Part shown: piece by piece, positions 9,794-19,957 of the stretch | Position numbering within the stretch: position 1 is the first letter of the stretch | Layout: each line of letters starts with the position of its first letter | NCBI GenBank assembly: GCA_023267535.1 | Contig: JAHFNC010000002.1 | Span: forward strand, 119,426 to 183,425 | Source of the DNA: a bacterium | Lineage (GTDB): Bacteria; Patescibacteriota; Minisyncoccia; Phycocordibacterales; UBA5272 | Direction: 5' to 3' | DNA: 64,000 bases | The notes under the pieces: generated by a model | Told to the model about the DNA's origin: nothing | Databases searched by the model: none | The model's input: the letters and a program-made list of their open reading frames with translations, nothing else | Position numbers and translations under genes: made by a program

Positions 9794-10027
9794 TCATGAG
9801 CGATGTCTCCGTGTTCTTTGTTGTTTCGCTACATACATAGCAAAGATGTGCATTGAAGCAGATAACACCCAACCGTAAATCAGAAGTGATATCGTTTTTT
9901 CAATCATTTTTTGGTCGAGTCCAATATATATCGTCAAAGGAAAACTTAAGACGCAAATAATCATTGCAAAGAATATTATGTTTGACACGAAAGTGAAAAA
10001 ATTGGCAATTTTCTTGGCCATATGCAA
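9794..10027 (-). CDS. Small membrane protein (2 TM)
   Basis: 77 aa hydrophobic ORF. Confidence 0.3.
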   Translation of the reverse strand: MHMAKKIANFFTFVSNIIFFAMIICVLSFPLTIYIGLDQKMIEKTISLLIYGWVLSASMHIFAMYVAKQQRTRRHRS

Positions 10028-10152
10028 CCTCCGTAAAGTTCAACTGGTTGAAAATACTATGCTGATACTACAATAGTTTAAATGAAATGTAAATGATAGA
10101 GTATTTATCTACTATTTTAAATTGATTTTTAAAATGTTAGAATCACTAAATT

Positions 10153-10235
10153 GCCGGAGTGGCGGAATGGTAGACGCGCACGACTCAAAATCGTGTATCG
10201 TAAGGTGTGAGAGTTCGAGTCTCTCCTCCGGCACA
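10153..10235 (+). tRNA. tRNA-Leu (anticodon CAA), type II with a long variable arm
   Basis: Acceptor gccggag/ctccggc, anticodon loop cuCAAaa, T-arm gagttcgagtctc. Confidence 0.85.
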
Positions 10236-10238
10236 ATT

Positions 10239-10685
10239 ATGAAGAAACATTTAACATCAAAAGAATTTAAGTCTATTTATTCTAAAGTTCCCAGAATATG
10301 TGTAGAAGTATTAATACAAACTCCAAAAGGGGTTTTGTTGTCTCTAAGAACTTTGCCTTCTTGGAATAATATGTGGCACTTGCCTGGTGGTAGCGTGTTA
10401 TATAAAGAGACTTTAGAGCAAGCTGTAAATAGGGTTTCTTTAAATGAAATTGGTGTAAAAGCAAATATAATAGAGCTACTTGGCTACATTGAATATCCAA
10501 GCGAAGAAAAAGAAAGAGGATTTGGATGGTCTATTGGAATTGTACTTTTATGTAAAACCAAAACAACGAAATTTAAACCAAACAAAGATGCAAGTGAAAT
10601 AGAATTTTTTTCAAAATTACCAGAACGAATGGTTGTTGAACAAAAAAAGTTTTTAAAAAAATACTTGTTGAATACCTCTAAATAA
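10239..10685 (+). CDS. NUDIX hydrolase
   Basis: Nudix box WHLPGGSVLYKETLEQAVNRVSLNEIGV. The ORF track N-terminus overlaps the tRNA, so the ATG at 10239 was used. Confidence 0.7.
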   Translation: MKKHLTSKEFKSIYSKVPRICVEVLIQTPKGVLLSLRTLPSWNNMWHLPGGSVLYKETLEQAVNRVSLNEIGVKANIIELLGYIEYPSEEKERGFGWSIGIVLLCKTKTTKFKPNKDASEIEFFSKLPERMVVEQKKFLKKYLLNTSK

Positions 10686-10734
10686 GTACTTAATTGAAAA
10701 TTATCGGTATCTAGAATATACTAAGAGTAATTTT

Positions 10735-11811
10735 ATGGCAGGACAATTAGAGAGTGCTATTTTTTGGATAGAGACAGAGAAAATTTTACCAAACCCTTAT
10801 CAACCAAGGCGTGAATTTGACGACGGAAGATTAAAGGAACTTTCTGAAAGTATTCGTCAATACGGAGTTCTTCAACCACTCGTTGTAACTAGAAAAGAGA
10901 CAATGCTTAATGATGGTGGAATAAAAGTAGAATATGAACTGATTGCAGGTGAAAGAAGACTTCGTGCTTCAAAATTAGCTGGCCTTTCACAAGTGCCAGT
11001 GGTAGTAAGAACAGGAGATGATAATCGCTCAAAGTTGGAATTAGCGATTATTGAAAATTTACAAAGAGAAGATTTAAATCCAGTAGAAAGAGGAAGGTCA
11101 TTCCAACAACTGGCTGATGAATTTAAATTGTCTTGGGTTGATATTGGAAAGAAAATTGGAAAGAGTCGTGAGTATGTGTCTAACACTGTTCGTATTTTGA
11201 TGCTCCCACAAGAGATGCTTGATGCTTTGTCTTCCAAAAAAATAACCGAGGGACACACGAGACCGCTTCTTATGCTTATTGATAGACCAGCTGAGCAAAC
11301 AACTTTGTTTAAGGAAATGATGATTCGTAAAATGACTGTCAGAGAAGCAGAAGCCTTGGCGCGTAGAATTGCTTTTGAAAAAATAAGAAAGAAAGATTTG
11401 TTTATGTCACCAGAAGTAATTGATATGGAAGAAAAATTAGCTGAGACATTAGGCACCCGTGTTCAGATTGAACCAAAAGAAAAAGGTGGAAGAATTTTTA
11501 TTGAATATTTTTCACATGAAGAATTGTTAGCACTTTCAATGCTACTTAGAACAGCTGGAGAAAGTAAAACTCACAGGGGAATGTTTGATAGATTAAGAGA
11601 GGAAGATTTAGACACATTAGGGAAAGTTGATAATTCAAATCTAGAAACTATGTTTGCTAATGTTGATAAAGAAATAAAACATAATCCAATGATTGCAGAA
11701 GAGGTGATTGAAGAAATAAATGACACTGATGATAGGTCAATTGATGAAATAAAAACTCACGAAGAAGAGAGTGATGACGACCTCTACTCCATCAAGAATT
11801 TCTCACTTTAA
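10735..11811 (+). CDS. parB: Chromosome partitioning protein ParB/Spo0J with a long acidic C-terminal tail
   Basis: ParB box IAGERRLRASKLAGLSQVPVVVR. Confidence 0.85.
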   Translation: MAGQLESAIFWIETEKILPNPYQPRREFDDGRLKELSESIRQYGVLQPLVVTRKETMLNDGGIKVEYELIAGERRLRASKLAGLSQVPVVVRTGDDNRSKLELAIIENLQREDLNPVERGRSFQQLADEFKLSWVDIGKKIGKSREYVSNTVRILMLPQEMLDALSSKKITEGHTRPLLMLIDRPAEQTTLFKEMMIRKMTVREAEALARRIAFEKIRKKDLFMSPEVIDMEEKLAETLGTRVQIEPKEKGGRIFIEYFSHEELLALSMLLRTAGESKTHRGMFDRLREEDLDTLGKVDNSNLETMFANVDKEIKHNPMIAEEVIEEINDTDDRSIDEIKTHEEESDDDLYSIKNFSL

Positions 11812-11930
11812 TCAAAAATTTAATTCATCTACTTTGTCGCTACAAAATTTGACTCGGTCAAAGTAGTGGTCTACATTTCTCTCGCAAAATTTCTAGACTC
11901 CTCGTATCTAAATCAAATTTTTGATTAAAG
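11806..11930. repeat. Intergenic structured repeat family 1, copy C (overlaps the parB stop codon)
   Basis: Outer arms ctttaatcaaaaatttaatt / aatcaaatttttgattaaag (19 of 20); core TCATCTACTTTGTCG ... gtag-tggt-ctac ... CCTCGTATCTA. Confidence 0.7.
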
Positions 11931-12004
11931 AATTTTGATTGAAATATAAGGGTTAAAAGATAATTTTGTCTCTCTAATATAATTATGATATAGTTTTTTG
12001 TAGC

Positions 12005-12529
12005 TTGTTCATTACCAAGGGGATTAAGATGACTGAAGCTACTATTAGATACAAAGCGCCAGAATTTGAAATACCACCACAATTTTCTTTGTTTGGAGGT
12101 GATTGTCGCATAAAAGGTATTGCTCTTTGTGTGACTGGTATCATAGAGCCACCACTCTGGTATGTAGTTTTTAAAGAGACAGTACTAGAGGAGGATTGTA
12201 ATATCAGAAAAGCCTATGTTGCTGTCAAATTTCCAGACGCGGTTAAATTGTTGGAAGGAAAAAAAATATTTGATCGGATGATTATAGACAACAATTCTTT
12301 TTCTTTTAACGGTGTTTCTTCGGAACATGGTACTTACCAACATTTTAAGGGAAATAGATACAAGGTAGAAGCTATTTGTTTTTGCCCAACGAGCGATGAA
12401 TGGTTTGTTTATTATCGTCCTTGTTACGAAAGGGCTATAGCAGAATCGTTTGTGCGAACTGTCCACGATTTCAAAAGTCCCGTTATCTTTAATAATACAG
12501 ATCATCCAAGATTTGTTCGCGTCGAGTGA
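12005..12529 (+). CDS. DUF1653-like hypothetical protein
   Basis: HGTYQHFKGNRYKVEAICFCPTSDEWFVYYRP resembles the DUF1653 signature. Confidence 0.45.
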   Translation: MFITKGIKMTEATIRYKAPEFEIPPQFSLFGGDCRIKGIALCVTGIIEPPLWYVVFKETVLEEDCNIRKAYVAVKFPDAVKLLEGKKIFDRMIIDNNSFSFNGVSSEHGTYQHFKGNRYKVEAICFCPTSDEWFVYYRPCYERAIAESFVRTVHDFKSPVIFNNTDHPRFVRVE

Positions 12530-12609
12530 ACAACATAAGCGAAGCGCCCTCTTGTGAGGTTTTGGCTTCGCTTTTTAATTTTCACTATTTTCTTTTTTCT
12601 ATATTTATA

Positions 12610-14112
12610 TTATCTAGTCAAAAACTTATCAATCAATCCTCCGTGTTCTTTTACATATTGGCGAATTTTTCTTTTAGCCATATTTGTTTTTGCTAAATCA
12701 ATCCATTTTCTTTTCGGAGAAGACGACCCCTTCACTTCTATTTCAACAATATCTCGATTTTGTAGCTTTGTATCAAGGTTTGCTAATTTTCCATTTATTT
12801 TTGCTCCAGCCATATGGTCACCAATGTCAGAATGTACAGCATAAGCAAAATCAACAGGAGTGGAGCCTTCTGGTAAATCAATCACATCTCCTTTTGGTGT
12901 AAAAATAAAAACTCTGTTATGAAAAAAATCAGTTTGGAGATTTTTCATAAAGTCCTTGTGACGATTTTCAGTGTTTTGCCACTCAAGAAGTTCTTTGGTC
13001 CAACCAATCTTCTTTTGCATTCTTTCTATTTCTTCCGCTTTTAAATTTTTCCCAATTTCTTTATAGGAAAGGTGAGATGCAATACCGAACTCGGCTTCCT
13101 GATGCATCTCTTTTGTTCTTATTTGTATCTCAAGAATGCTTCCATCACCAGAAAAGATGGTGGTATGAAGCGATCTGTAACCATTTGCTTTGGGAACAGC
13201 AATATAATCCTTAAATCTTCCAGGTAAAGGACGATACAGTCCATGAATTACACCAAGAGCTTGATAGCAATCAGCGACTGTTGGTACAAGAATACGTAAG
13301 GCTACTATGTCGTACACTTTACTGATATCTTTTCCATATCTTTTTAATTTTTGCCACAGAGAATATAAATGTTTTACTCGCGAGTCTATTCTTTCAATGT
13401 GAACATCAAATATTTCCAGTTCATCATTTAATTTTGAAACTACTCTTTCTAGTTGTTGGTCGGAAATCGGTTTTACTTCTTTAAAAATTTCAACAGTCTC
13501 TTTATATTCTTTTGGGTAAACAAAAGGGAAGGCGGCATCTTCTAATTCTGCTTTTAATCGTCCCATTCCCAAACGGTCTGCCAAGCGAGCGTGGATTTCT
13601 AAAGTCTCAAGAGCGATACGTTTTTGTTTTTCTGGAGAAACATATTGAAGAGTTCTAATGTTGTGTAATCTGTCTGCCAGCTTTATCACGACCACACGGA
13701 TATCGTCGGCCATAGCGATGAAGAATTTGCGAAGTGACTCAACGTGTCGTTCTACCCCAGAATATTTAACCTTGCCCAGTTTTGTGACTCCTGAGACCAG
13801 TTTTACAATGTGTTCTCCAAATTCTGCCTTTAATTCTGCTTCGGTAACTTTTGTATCTTCTAATACGTCGTGCAAGATTCCGGCCGAAACTGTGTCTACG
13901 TCCATTTTTATATCAGCCAAATTAAGACCAGTTGCAAAGACGTGATTATAATAAGGTTCGCCAGATTTTCGTAGCTGTCCTTTATGCGCCACCTTTGCAA
14001 ACTCACAAGCGTGAATTATCAAGTCCTTATCCTTCTGCTTTAGCTTTGGAAGCAAAGCGAAAATCCTTTCTGGTGAAGTATCCATTTTTATATAATACAT
14101 TATAATTTTCAA
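12610..14112 (-). CDS. rel: Bifunctional (p)ppGpp synthetase/hydrolase Rel/SpoT, short form without the ACT domain
   Basis: HD domain (HDVLEDT), synthetase (GYRSLHTTIF...EIQIRTKEMH), TGS (VFIFTPKGDVIDLPEGSTPVDFAY); only 500 aa. Confidence 0.85.
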   Translation of the reverse strand: MKIIMYYIKMDTSPERIFALLPKLKQKDKDLIIHACEFAKVAHKGQLRKSGEPYYNHVFATGLNLADIKMDVDTVSAGILHDVLEDTKVTEAELKAEFGEHIVKLVSGVTKLGKVKYSGVERHVESLRKFFIAMADDIRVVVIKLADRLHNIRTLQYVSPEKQKRIALETLEIHARLADRLGMGRLKAELEDAAFPFVYPKEYKETVEIFKEVKPISDQQLERVVSKLNDELEIFDVHIERIDSRVKHLYSLWQKLKRYGKDISKVYDIVALRILVPTVADCYQALGVIHGLYRPLPGRFKDYIAVPKANGYRSLHTTIFSGDGSILEIQIRTKEMHQEAEFGIASHLSYKEIGKNLKAEEIERMQKKIGWTKELLEWQNTENRHKDFMKNLQTDFFHNRVFIFTPKGDVIDLPEGSTPVDFAYAVHSDIGDHMAGAKINGKLANLDTKLQNRDIVEIEVKGSSSPKRKWIDLAKTNMAKRKIRQYVKEHGGLIDKFLTR

Positions 14113-14176
14113 TTATCAATTTTGGGGAAAAAAGAAAAATCCCCGACGTTTTAGGGTCAGGAATTTATTGGTGGTT

Positions 14177-14518
14177 TTATTTTTTCGGAATAATTATTGA
14201 AGCGATGGGCGATTCATGGTCGGGTATATAAGCAAGCATTGTTTGTCGAAAGATTTTTATTGAATCATTGTCTTGTTTTGCCATAAATTCTTTCAATGCC
14301 AGGAAAAAATTTTTTTCATTAGGTGTGTTGTCACAACTATCAAAATCAATCGGCAATTCCTGAGCGATAAACGCCAGACGTTGCATGGCATACCTTGATG
14401 TCATATTTTTCTTCATCATTCCTCTTGCTATTCTGGCTAGTCTGTCCCAATAAGATGATTGAGATTCGGTTGGCATACATCTTAAAGGTGAGTGCTTGCT
14501 TATAACGATTTTATACAT
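14177..14518 (-). CDS. Hypothetical protein
   Basis: 113 aa ORF, no recognisable domain. Confidence 0.35.
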   Translation of the reverse strand: MYKIVISKHSPLRCMPTESQSSYWDRLARIARGMMKKNMTSRYAMQRLAFIAQELPIDFDSCDNTPNEKNFFLALKEFMAKQDNDSIKIFRQTMLAYIPDHESPIASIIIPKK

Positions 14519-14606
14519 CCCTTACTCCTTTTTTGTGAAAGATTCTACATAGATACTAACTTTATTTATATAAAAGTCAAACATCTTATGTTGTCTGCAA
14601 TCAAAT

Positions 14607-14640
14607 AAAAGAGCGACGCCGTAGGCGTCGCTCTTCTTCT
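14607..14640 (-). terminator. Intrinsic terminator downstream of topA
   Basis: aaaagagcgacgcc-gta-ggcgtcgctctt; a T-run follows on the minus strand. Confidence 0.7.
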
Positions 14641-16860
14641 TTATTTTTTGACTGTTTTCTTAACTACTTTTTTATCTTCTATTTTATGTGGGTTGTGATT
14701 TATACAATTTTTATCTGAGCATCTTTCAGGAATAGTTTTTGTTCCTTCCATCATTAATTCTCCACAAAGTTTACATTTATTTCCAGTTGGTTTTGCTTTG
14801 ATAGCGTGTTTACAATCTGGATAATTTGAACAAGCATAAAATGTTCCAAATCTTCCACGACGTTCTTCAAGAACTCCATCTTTACATTTTCCACAAGAGA
14901 CACCGGTTGATTTATTTTTCTTTTCTTCTTCACTCTCCTCTATATATTTACATTTTGGATAATTTGAACAAGCGACGAACTTTCCGTATCTTCCTTCTCT
15001 TTCCATTAAATCTCCTTTTTCACATTTTGGACACTTCTTACCAAGTAACTTTGGTCCCTCCATTATAGTGCCATCTATTTTTCTGGCGCCCATACATGTT
15101 GGGTATTTAGAACAAGAATAAAATTTTCCATTTTTAGCAAGTTTGATAACCATATGAGATTTACAAAGTGGACAAAGTAAATCCTCCGGTGCATCACCTA
15201 GGTTAGTTGCCTTCTCTAATTTTTCTTTACTCTTAACATCTTTTGAAAATGGTCCGTAAAAATCTTTTAGAGTTTTTAGATAAGTTGCTTTTCCTTCAGC
15301 GATTTTGTCTAGCTTATCTTCCATATCAGCAGTAAAAGTATCTGATATATATGAATCAAAATTTTTCTCCAAAAATGTAATTACTACTTCGCCAGTGTCG
15401 GTTGGAATTAACGCCTTGTTTATTTTATCTACGTAACCTCTATCTTCAATAGTAGAAATAATAGAAGCATAAGTTGAAGGTCTTCCAATACCTCTCTTTT
15501 CAAGTTCTTTAATTAATCCAGCTTCAGTGTAGCGATTTGGCGGTTCGGTTTGCTTTTCGTTAGCGCTCATTGAAAGCAAGTTTATATTTTCTCCAACAGA
15601 TAAATTTGGCAATTGTTGGTCTTCTCCACGAGAACGAGGGTCGGCAAGTAGCCAACCTTCTTTTACAATAACTGATCCAGTAGTAGAAAAATCAGGAATC
15701 TTTTCTTTTCTATTTTCAATATTAGCAACAATTTTTGTTCTCTTTAATTTCGCATCTTTCATTTGACTAGAGATTGTTCTTTCCCAAATCAAAGTGTAAA
15801 GTTTTTTCTCATCATCACTATTTCCAGCAAATCTAGCAGAAGCGTGAGTCGGTCTTATTGCCTCGTGAGCCTCTTGAGCGTTTTTTGATTTTGTTTTATA
15901 AGTTCTAACTTGTAAATTATCTTTTCCGAAAGTTGTCTCTATGGTATTAGAAATTTCACCAAGCGCCTGATTAGATAGGGTGGTGGAGTCAGTACGCATA
16001 TAGGTTATCAAACCTTTTTCGTAAAGCTTCTGAGCAATCATCATTGTACGAGATGGAGAAAATCCTAATCTTGAAGAGGCTGTTTGTTGAATGGTTGATG
16101 TAGTAAACGGTGCTTTTGGTGATCTAGAAACATCGGTTGATTCCACATCTTTTATTATCCAAGAACTTTCTTTAGAAACTCTAACAATTCTTTTTGCTTC
16201 ATCTTTTTCTTTTACTCTTTCTTCACATTCTAAAAGAATAGAATATTTTTTACTTTCTTTAGCGCGGCCAATAGTTTTCCATTCGCCATTTATTATGAAA
16301 AATGTTTCTGGAATAAAAGCTCTAATTTCTCTTTCTCTTTCCATCACAATACGAAGCGCAGGAGATTGCACACGACCAGCAGATAACCCATAACGAACTT
16401 TTTTCCAAATAATTCCAGACAAATCATAACCCACTAGTCTGTCTAGAACGCGACGAGCTTCTTGTGCTTCTTTTAAATCCATATCAATTTCTCGTGGATG
16501 CTTTATAGCTTCTTTAATAGCGCTCTCTGTAATTTCGTGAAAAGTTACTCTTTTGGCTTTCTTTAATCCGCAGGCTTCTCTTATGTGCCAAGCGATTGCT
16601 TCTCCTTCGCGGTCGGGGTCGGTTGCTAGAAGTATTTCGGTTGCTTTCTTTGATAAAGTTTTTATCTCGCTTACAACTTTTTCTTTACCAACAGAGATTT
16701 CATAATTTGGAATAAATCCACCTTCAATATCAATTGCTTTCTTATTTGATTTTGGTAAATCACGAATATGCCCGATTGATGCGCGGACTTCATATTCTTT
16801 GCCGAGATATTTATTTATTGTTTTGGCTTTTGAGGGAGACTCGACAATCAGTAATTTCAT
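14641..16860 (-). CDS. topA: DNA topoisomerase I with C-terminal zinc-ribbon repeats
   Basis: TOPRIM N-terminus MKLLIVESPSKAKTINKYLG; repeated CxxC...CxxC fingers at the C-terminus. Confidence 0.9.
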   Translation of the reverse strand: MKLLIVESPSKAKTINKYLGKEYEVRASIGHIRDLPKSNKKAIDIEGGFIPNYEISVGKEKVVSEIKTLSKKATEILLATDPDREGEAIAWHIREACGLKKAKRVTFHEITESAIKEAIKHPREIDMDLKEAQEARRVLDRLVGYDLSGIIWKKVRYGLSAGRVQSPALRIVMEREREIRAFIPETFFIINGEWKTIGRAKESKKYSILLECEERVKEKDEAKRIVRVSKESSWIIKDVESTDVSRSPKAPFTTSTIQQTASSRLGFSPSRTMMIAQKLYEKGLITYMRTDSTTLSNQALGEISNTIETTFGKDNLQVRTYKTKSKNAQEAHEAIRPTHASARFAGNSDDEKKLYTLIWERTISSQMKDAKLKRTKIVANIENRKEKIPDFSTTGSVIVKEGWLLADPRSRGEDQQLPNLSVGENINLLSMSANEKQTEPPNRYTEAGLIKELEKRGIGRPSTYASIISTIEDRGYVDKINKALIPTDTGEVVITFLEKNFDSYISDTFTADMEDKLDKIAEGKATYLKTLKDFYGPFSKDVKSKEKLEKATNLGDAPEDLLCPLCKSHMVIKLAKNGKFYSCSKYPTCMGARKIDGTIMEGPKLLGKKCPKCEKGDLMEREGRYGKFVACSNYPKCKYIEESEEEKKNKSTGVSCGKCKDGVLEERRGRFGTFYACSNYPDCKHAIKAKPTGNKCKLCGELMMEGTKTIPERCSDKNCINHNPHKIEDKKVVKKTVKK

Positions 16861-16921
16861 ATAGTATAGAAAAGGTTAACACATTATTTATTTTTTTGGA
16901 AATCTCATGTTCGACATTTGT

Positions 16922-17815
16922 CTATTTTATTTTTCTTATTTCTCCAAATGATTCTTCTACAAAACCATTTATTTCTAAATTAGATATTGCAATTAAAAAA
17001 TCTTTTTGCGAGAGGTTGCTTCTTATTAATAATTCATCTTTTGAAAAATCATCCACGAGCAAATCAAAAATTATTTTTTCATTTTCATTTAAATTTATCT
17101 CTATATTATTTTCTTCTTTTTTCAATTTAAGAAGTTCAAACAGGTCGTTAGAGTTTGTAATTGGCATCGCTCCATCTTTAATTAAAGAATTTGTTCCTAT
17201 AGAATTCGGGGAAAATATAGATCCAGGGACAGCGCCAATTTCTTTGCCAAGTTCTAAAGATTGTCTGGCAGTTATTAGAGTTCCAGATTTTTCCTCGGCT
17301 TCTATTATTAGGACAGCATCAGATAGCGCTGCCATAATTCTGTTTCTGGCTGGAAATGTCCACTGAGCAGCAGTTTCGTTTTCTTCAAATTCAGAAAGCA
17401 GAGCTCCGCCATTTTCTAAAATTTCTTTAGCTAAATTTCTATGAGCACTTGGATAAATTATTTTGTCCCCAAGTCCGCTTCCTGGAATGGCTATAGTTTT
17501 TATTTTATTTTTAAGTGCGGTTTTGTGAGCAAGTCCATCAATGCCTAACGCAAGACCACTTAATATAATTACATTTTTATTTTTTAGAGATGATAAAAGA
17601 TTTTCAATGACATCTTTTCCGTAAAAAGAGTTTTTCCTACTACCGACTACCGTTAAAATTCTTGGAGTGAATAATCCATATTCATCAACTGTAAATTCTG
17701 GAAGAGTTCCTTTGATGTAAATTTGTTTCGGAATATCGTGAAGTGTGAGCAAGCGAGAAAGAAGAAGGGAATCTTTAAAATTTTCCTTTGTAATTTTAGT
17801 CACGAGGACTGACAT
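16922..17815 (-). CDS. dprA: DNA processing protein DprA/Smf
   Basis: Rossmann-like core VVGSRKNSFYGKDV...LSGLALGIDGLAHKTAL. Confidence 0.8.
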   Translation of the reverse strand: MSVLVTKITKENFKDSLLLSRLLTLHDIPKQIYIKGTLPEFTVDEYGLFTPRILTVVGSRKNSFYGKDVIENLLSSLKNKNVIILSGLALGIDGLAHKTALKNKIKTIAIPGSGLGDKIIYPSAHRNLAKEILENGGALLSEFEENETAAQWTFPARNRIMAALSDAVLIIEAEEKSGTLITARQSLELGKEIGAVPGSIFSPNSIGTNSLIKDGAMPITNSNDLFELLKLKKEENNIEINLNENEKIIFDLLVDDFSKDELLIRSNLSQKDFLIAISNLEINGFVEESFGEIRKIK

Positions 17816-17937
17816 CTAATTATGATAACTTAAATATGCAAAATAAAAAGGCTTCTCGTTCGCGGACATCATCGCGAAAACGAGATGATGTACACGAAAA
17901 GAAGCCTCGTGTAGTTTTTTAGAGCGGTACTGTCCGC

Positions 17938-18234
17938 TTAATATTTTATCCTGAGGAGGGCAACCACAATGATTATGATTGCTACAAGTTGAAAAAGTTC
18001 ATTTTTCCCCATTCGGAAATTGACTCCGAAGTTTGCCACTCCACTTCCTATGGCAGTAAGAAAAGCACGAATGCCTTCTCCTCCCAAGAAAAGTCCGAAA
18101 ATGACAACAACAAGTAATATGGCCGCTAATTCTCCAGCCGTTTTTGGTTTCATAACCTTTACCTCCATTTTTTGCAGCAGGTTTTTTGCTTCAGGTTTTG
18201 CTTCGGGTTTTGCAGCCGTTTTTTCGTCGCTCAC
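17938..18234 (-). CDS. Small 2-TM membrane protein with a KPEAKPEAK N-terminus
   Basis: ORF with two hydrophobic helices; GC-richer than the genome background. Confidence 0.4.
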   Translation of the reverse strand: MSDEKTAAKPEAKPEAKNLLQKMEVKVMKPKTAGELAAILLVVVIFGLFLGGEGIRAFLTAIGSGVANFGVNFRMGKNELFQLVAIIIIVVALLRIKY

Positions 18235-18236
18235 AA

Positions 18237-18512
18237 TTAGTCACTCCTTTTATCTGTCGGAAACGGCGAAGGGACAACAATTGTGGTCAATTGATTCTTG
18301 ATGTCAGGCTCTTTTGCCTTAGCTTCAATCTCCGCAATATTCTGTTTGATTTTCATCTGGGCGGTGTCTTCTTTTTTCAATTTGACAGCGTCAGACTCAA
18401 TCAGATTTGAATAAGCGTAAAGGATAAGACTAACTGAGCTCATTATTCCAAAAATAGCCCAGACCACGTTTGCAAAAATTTTGTTGCCATCTATCTTTTT
18501 TTCTTCTGCCAT
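18237..18512 (-). CDS. Small single-TM membrane protein
   Basis: ORF 4 bp downstream of the next gene; one TM helix. Confidence 0.4.
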   Translation of the reverse strand: MAEEKKIDGNKIFANVVWAIFGIMSSVSLILYAYSNLIESDAVKLKKEDTAQMKIKQNIAEIEAKAKEPDIKNQLTTIVVPSPFPTDKRSD

Positions 18513-18523
18513 AATCCTTTCTC

Positions 18524-19423
18524 CTATCTATTAAAGACAGTGGCATTGGTAATGAAGAACTTAACTGGCTCTCCGGGGCAGACACCGACTTTTAGCACTG
18601 TCGGGAAACTCATGCTCCCCATAACCGCAATGCAGTCAGCACCTTTACAAAGAAATTCTTTTGGATGTTTCATCAAATAGTATTTCCCGTAAATGTCGTG
18701 CCTTCTATAAAAGGTCATGCTACCAGAGTCGGCTCTTCTTCCTGTGTGGTTGATAAGTCCGACGCAATTTTTTCCTGACCTGTCCGCTGTTCTGATAGCG
18801 CTTTCAAATTCGCTATAGCTTCCGTAAGTGGTTTCGGAAACATCGTAGCAATCAGAGTTCCTTTCTTTTTCAAACTGACTGATTGGAACGACCGGCGGAA
18901 AGTTACAAAATTGATCTTCGTCAGCAACAATCATCTCCTGAGATGCCTGCTGTCTAGAATTCGAATTCAATCCAGATGATGGATTTCCTTCCTGACGCTT
19001 GGAAAAATTTTCCTCGACATCAAATCCGAGATGCGACAGTTTTTGCGAAGAGTCCACTCTCGGTTGTGCTTCAACTCTAACTACGGGTTGGGGAGCGACA
19101 ACAACAAGTGGGGCAGGTTGCGGAACAACTACGGGAGCTTGAGCAACCGGAGTCGGAACGGAAACAGGAACCTGAACAATTTTTTCGACTACTGTTTTTT
19201 CGATTACTTGCTTGTCTTGAAAGAAAGCAATTTTGAACAGAAGTAAGGTGACGATGATGACGAAGGCAAACATACTGAGGATTATCGCCCATCTCCACGG
19301 ACTAGCCCTTTTGGGCATTCTAAGTCTTTCTCCGTGAATGTGAACTCGTTCGTCCTCAACTATGCTTGATTCTCCGTTTATGATTAAAGAGCCTTTCCTT
19401 GGGTCCCTTGGGACAATGTTCAT
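18524..19423 (-). CDS. Membrane-anchored protein with a Pro/Val-rich linker and a Cys-rich C-terminal ectodomain
   Basis: TM helix WAIILSMFAFVIIVTLLLF, linker PVSVPTPVAQAPVVVPQPAPLVVVAPQPVV, six Cys in the C-terminal 150 aa; elevated GC. Confidence 0.45.
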   Translation of the reverse strand: MNIVPRDPRKGSLIINGESSIVEDERVHIHGERLRMPKRASPWRWAIILSMFAFVIIVTLLLFKIAFFQDKQVIEKTVVEKIVQVPVSVPTPVAQAPVVVPQPAPLVVVAPQPVVRVEAQPRVDSSQKLSHLGFDVEENFSKRQEGNPSSGLNSNSRQQASQEMIVADEDQFCNFPPVVPISQFEKERNSDCYDVSETTYGSYSEFESAIRTADRSGKNCVGLINHTGRRADSGSMTFYRRHDIYGKYYLMKHPKEFLCKGADCIAVMGSMSFPTVLKVGVCPGEPVKFFITNATVFNR

Positions 19424-19558
19424 AACTTGTACTCCTTATATTGTGAAAGTGCTAAGCTATTTTAAATACTACATCTTTTTTGAATATTGTCAAATATTAG
19501 GAGTTTGGGTTTAAAAGAAAAAAGCGCTTGGTTTTGCGGAGCAAAACCAAGCGCTTTG

Positions 19559-19840
19559 TCAGTATTTCGTATACTTTATGTAAGTAGCAAGAATCACAAA
19601 GATGACCACCAAAATGTAACCGATTCCTTGAAGTGGTTTATCCTCGGTGTTTTTTTCAAGAAGTACTTTTAATCCATAAAAAGTCTTTATCACTATTCCG
19701 ACAAAAATTGTTAGGACTAAAAATTCAAGAAATTCTTGAAACCAGTGTTTTCCTTTTGTGTATTCGCTCATAATAATCTCTCCAATAGTGAAGAAGACCA
19801 TCTCTATTTCAGATACTAATATAAAATAATATAAATTCAA
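19559..19840 (-). CDS. Small membrane protein
   Basis: 93 aa hydrophobic ORF. Confidence 0.3.
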   Translation of the reverse strand: MNLYYFILVSEIEMVFFTIGEIIMSEYTKGKHWFQEFLEFLVLTIFVGIVIKTFYGLKVLLEKNTEDKPLQGIGYILVVIFVILATYIKYTKY

Positions 19841-19957
19841 AATGTAAATATTAAAACTTTGAAAATTTTTGGTTTTTGACTTTATATCTCTACTGTGGAA
19901 GAATGCGAAATTAGATAGGTACTTTCACAAATCAACCACATTAATTAGGAGGGGATT

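Noticed and set aside
10112-10143. Promoter call upstream of tRNA-Leu(CAA)
   Set aside because: TAGAAT (-10) is present, but the best -35 candidate has a 10 nt spacer, so the geometry is wrong. It is left uncalled.
10122-10238. N-terminal 39 codons of ORF 10122-10685
   Set aside because: They overlap the tRNA-Leu(CAA) gene exactly. The NUDIX gene starts at the ATG at 10239.
17938-18234. MscL identity for the 98 aa 2-TM protein
   Set aside because: The charged segment and TM order are reversed relative to MscL. It is not supported.
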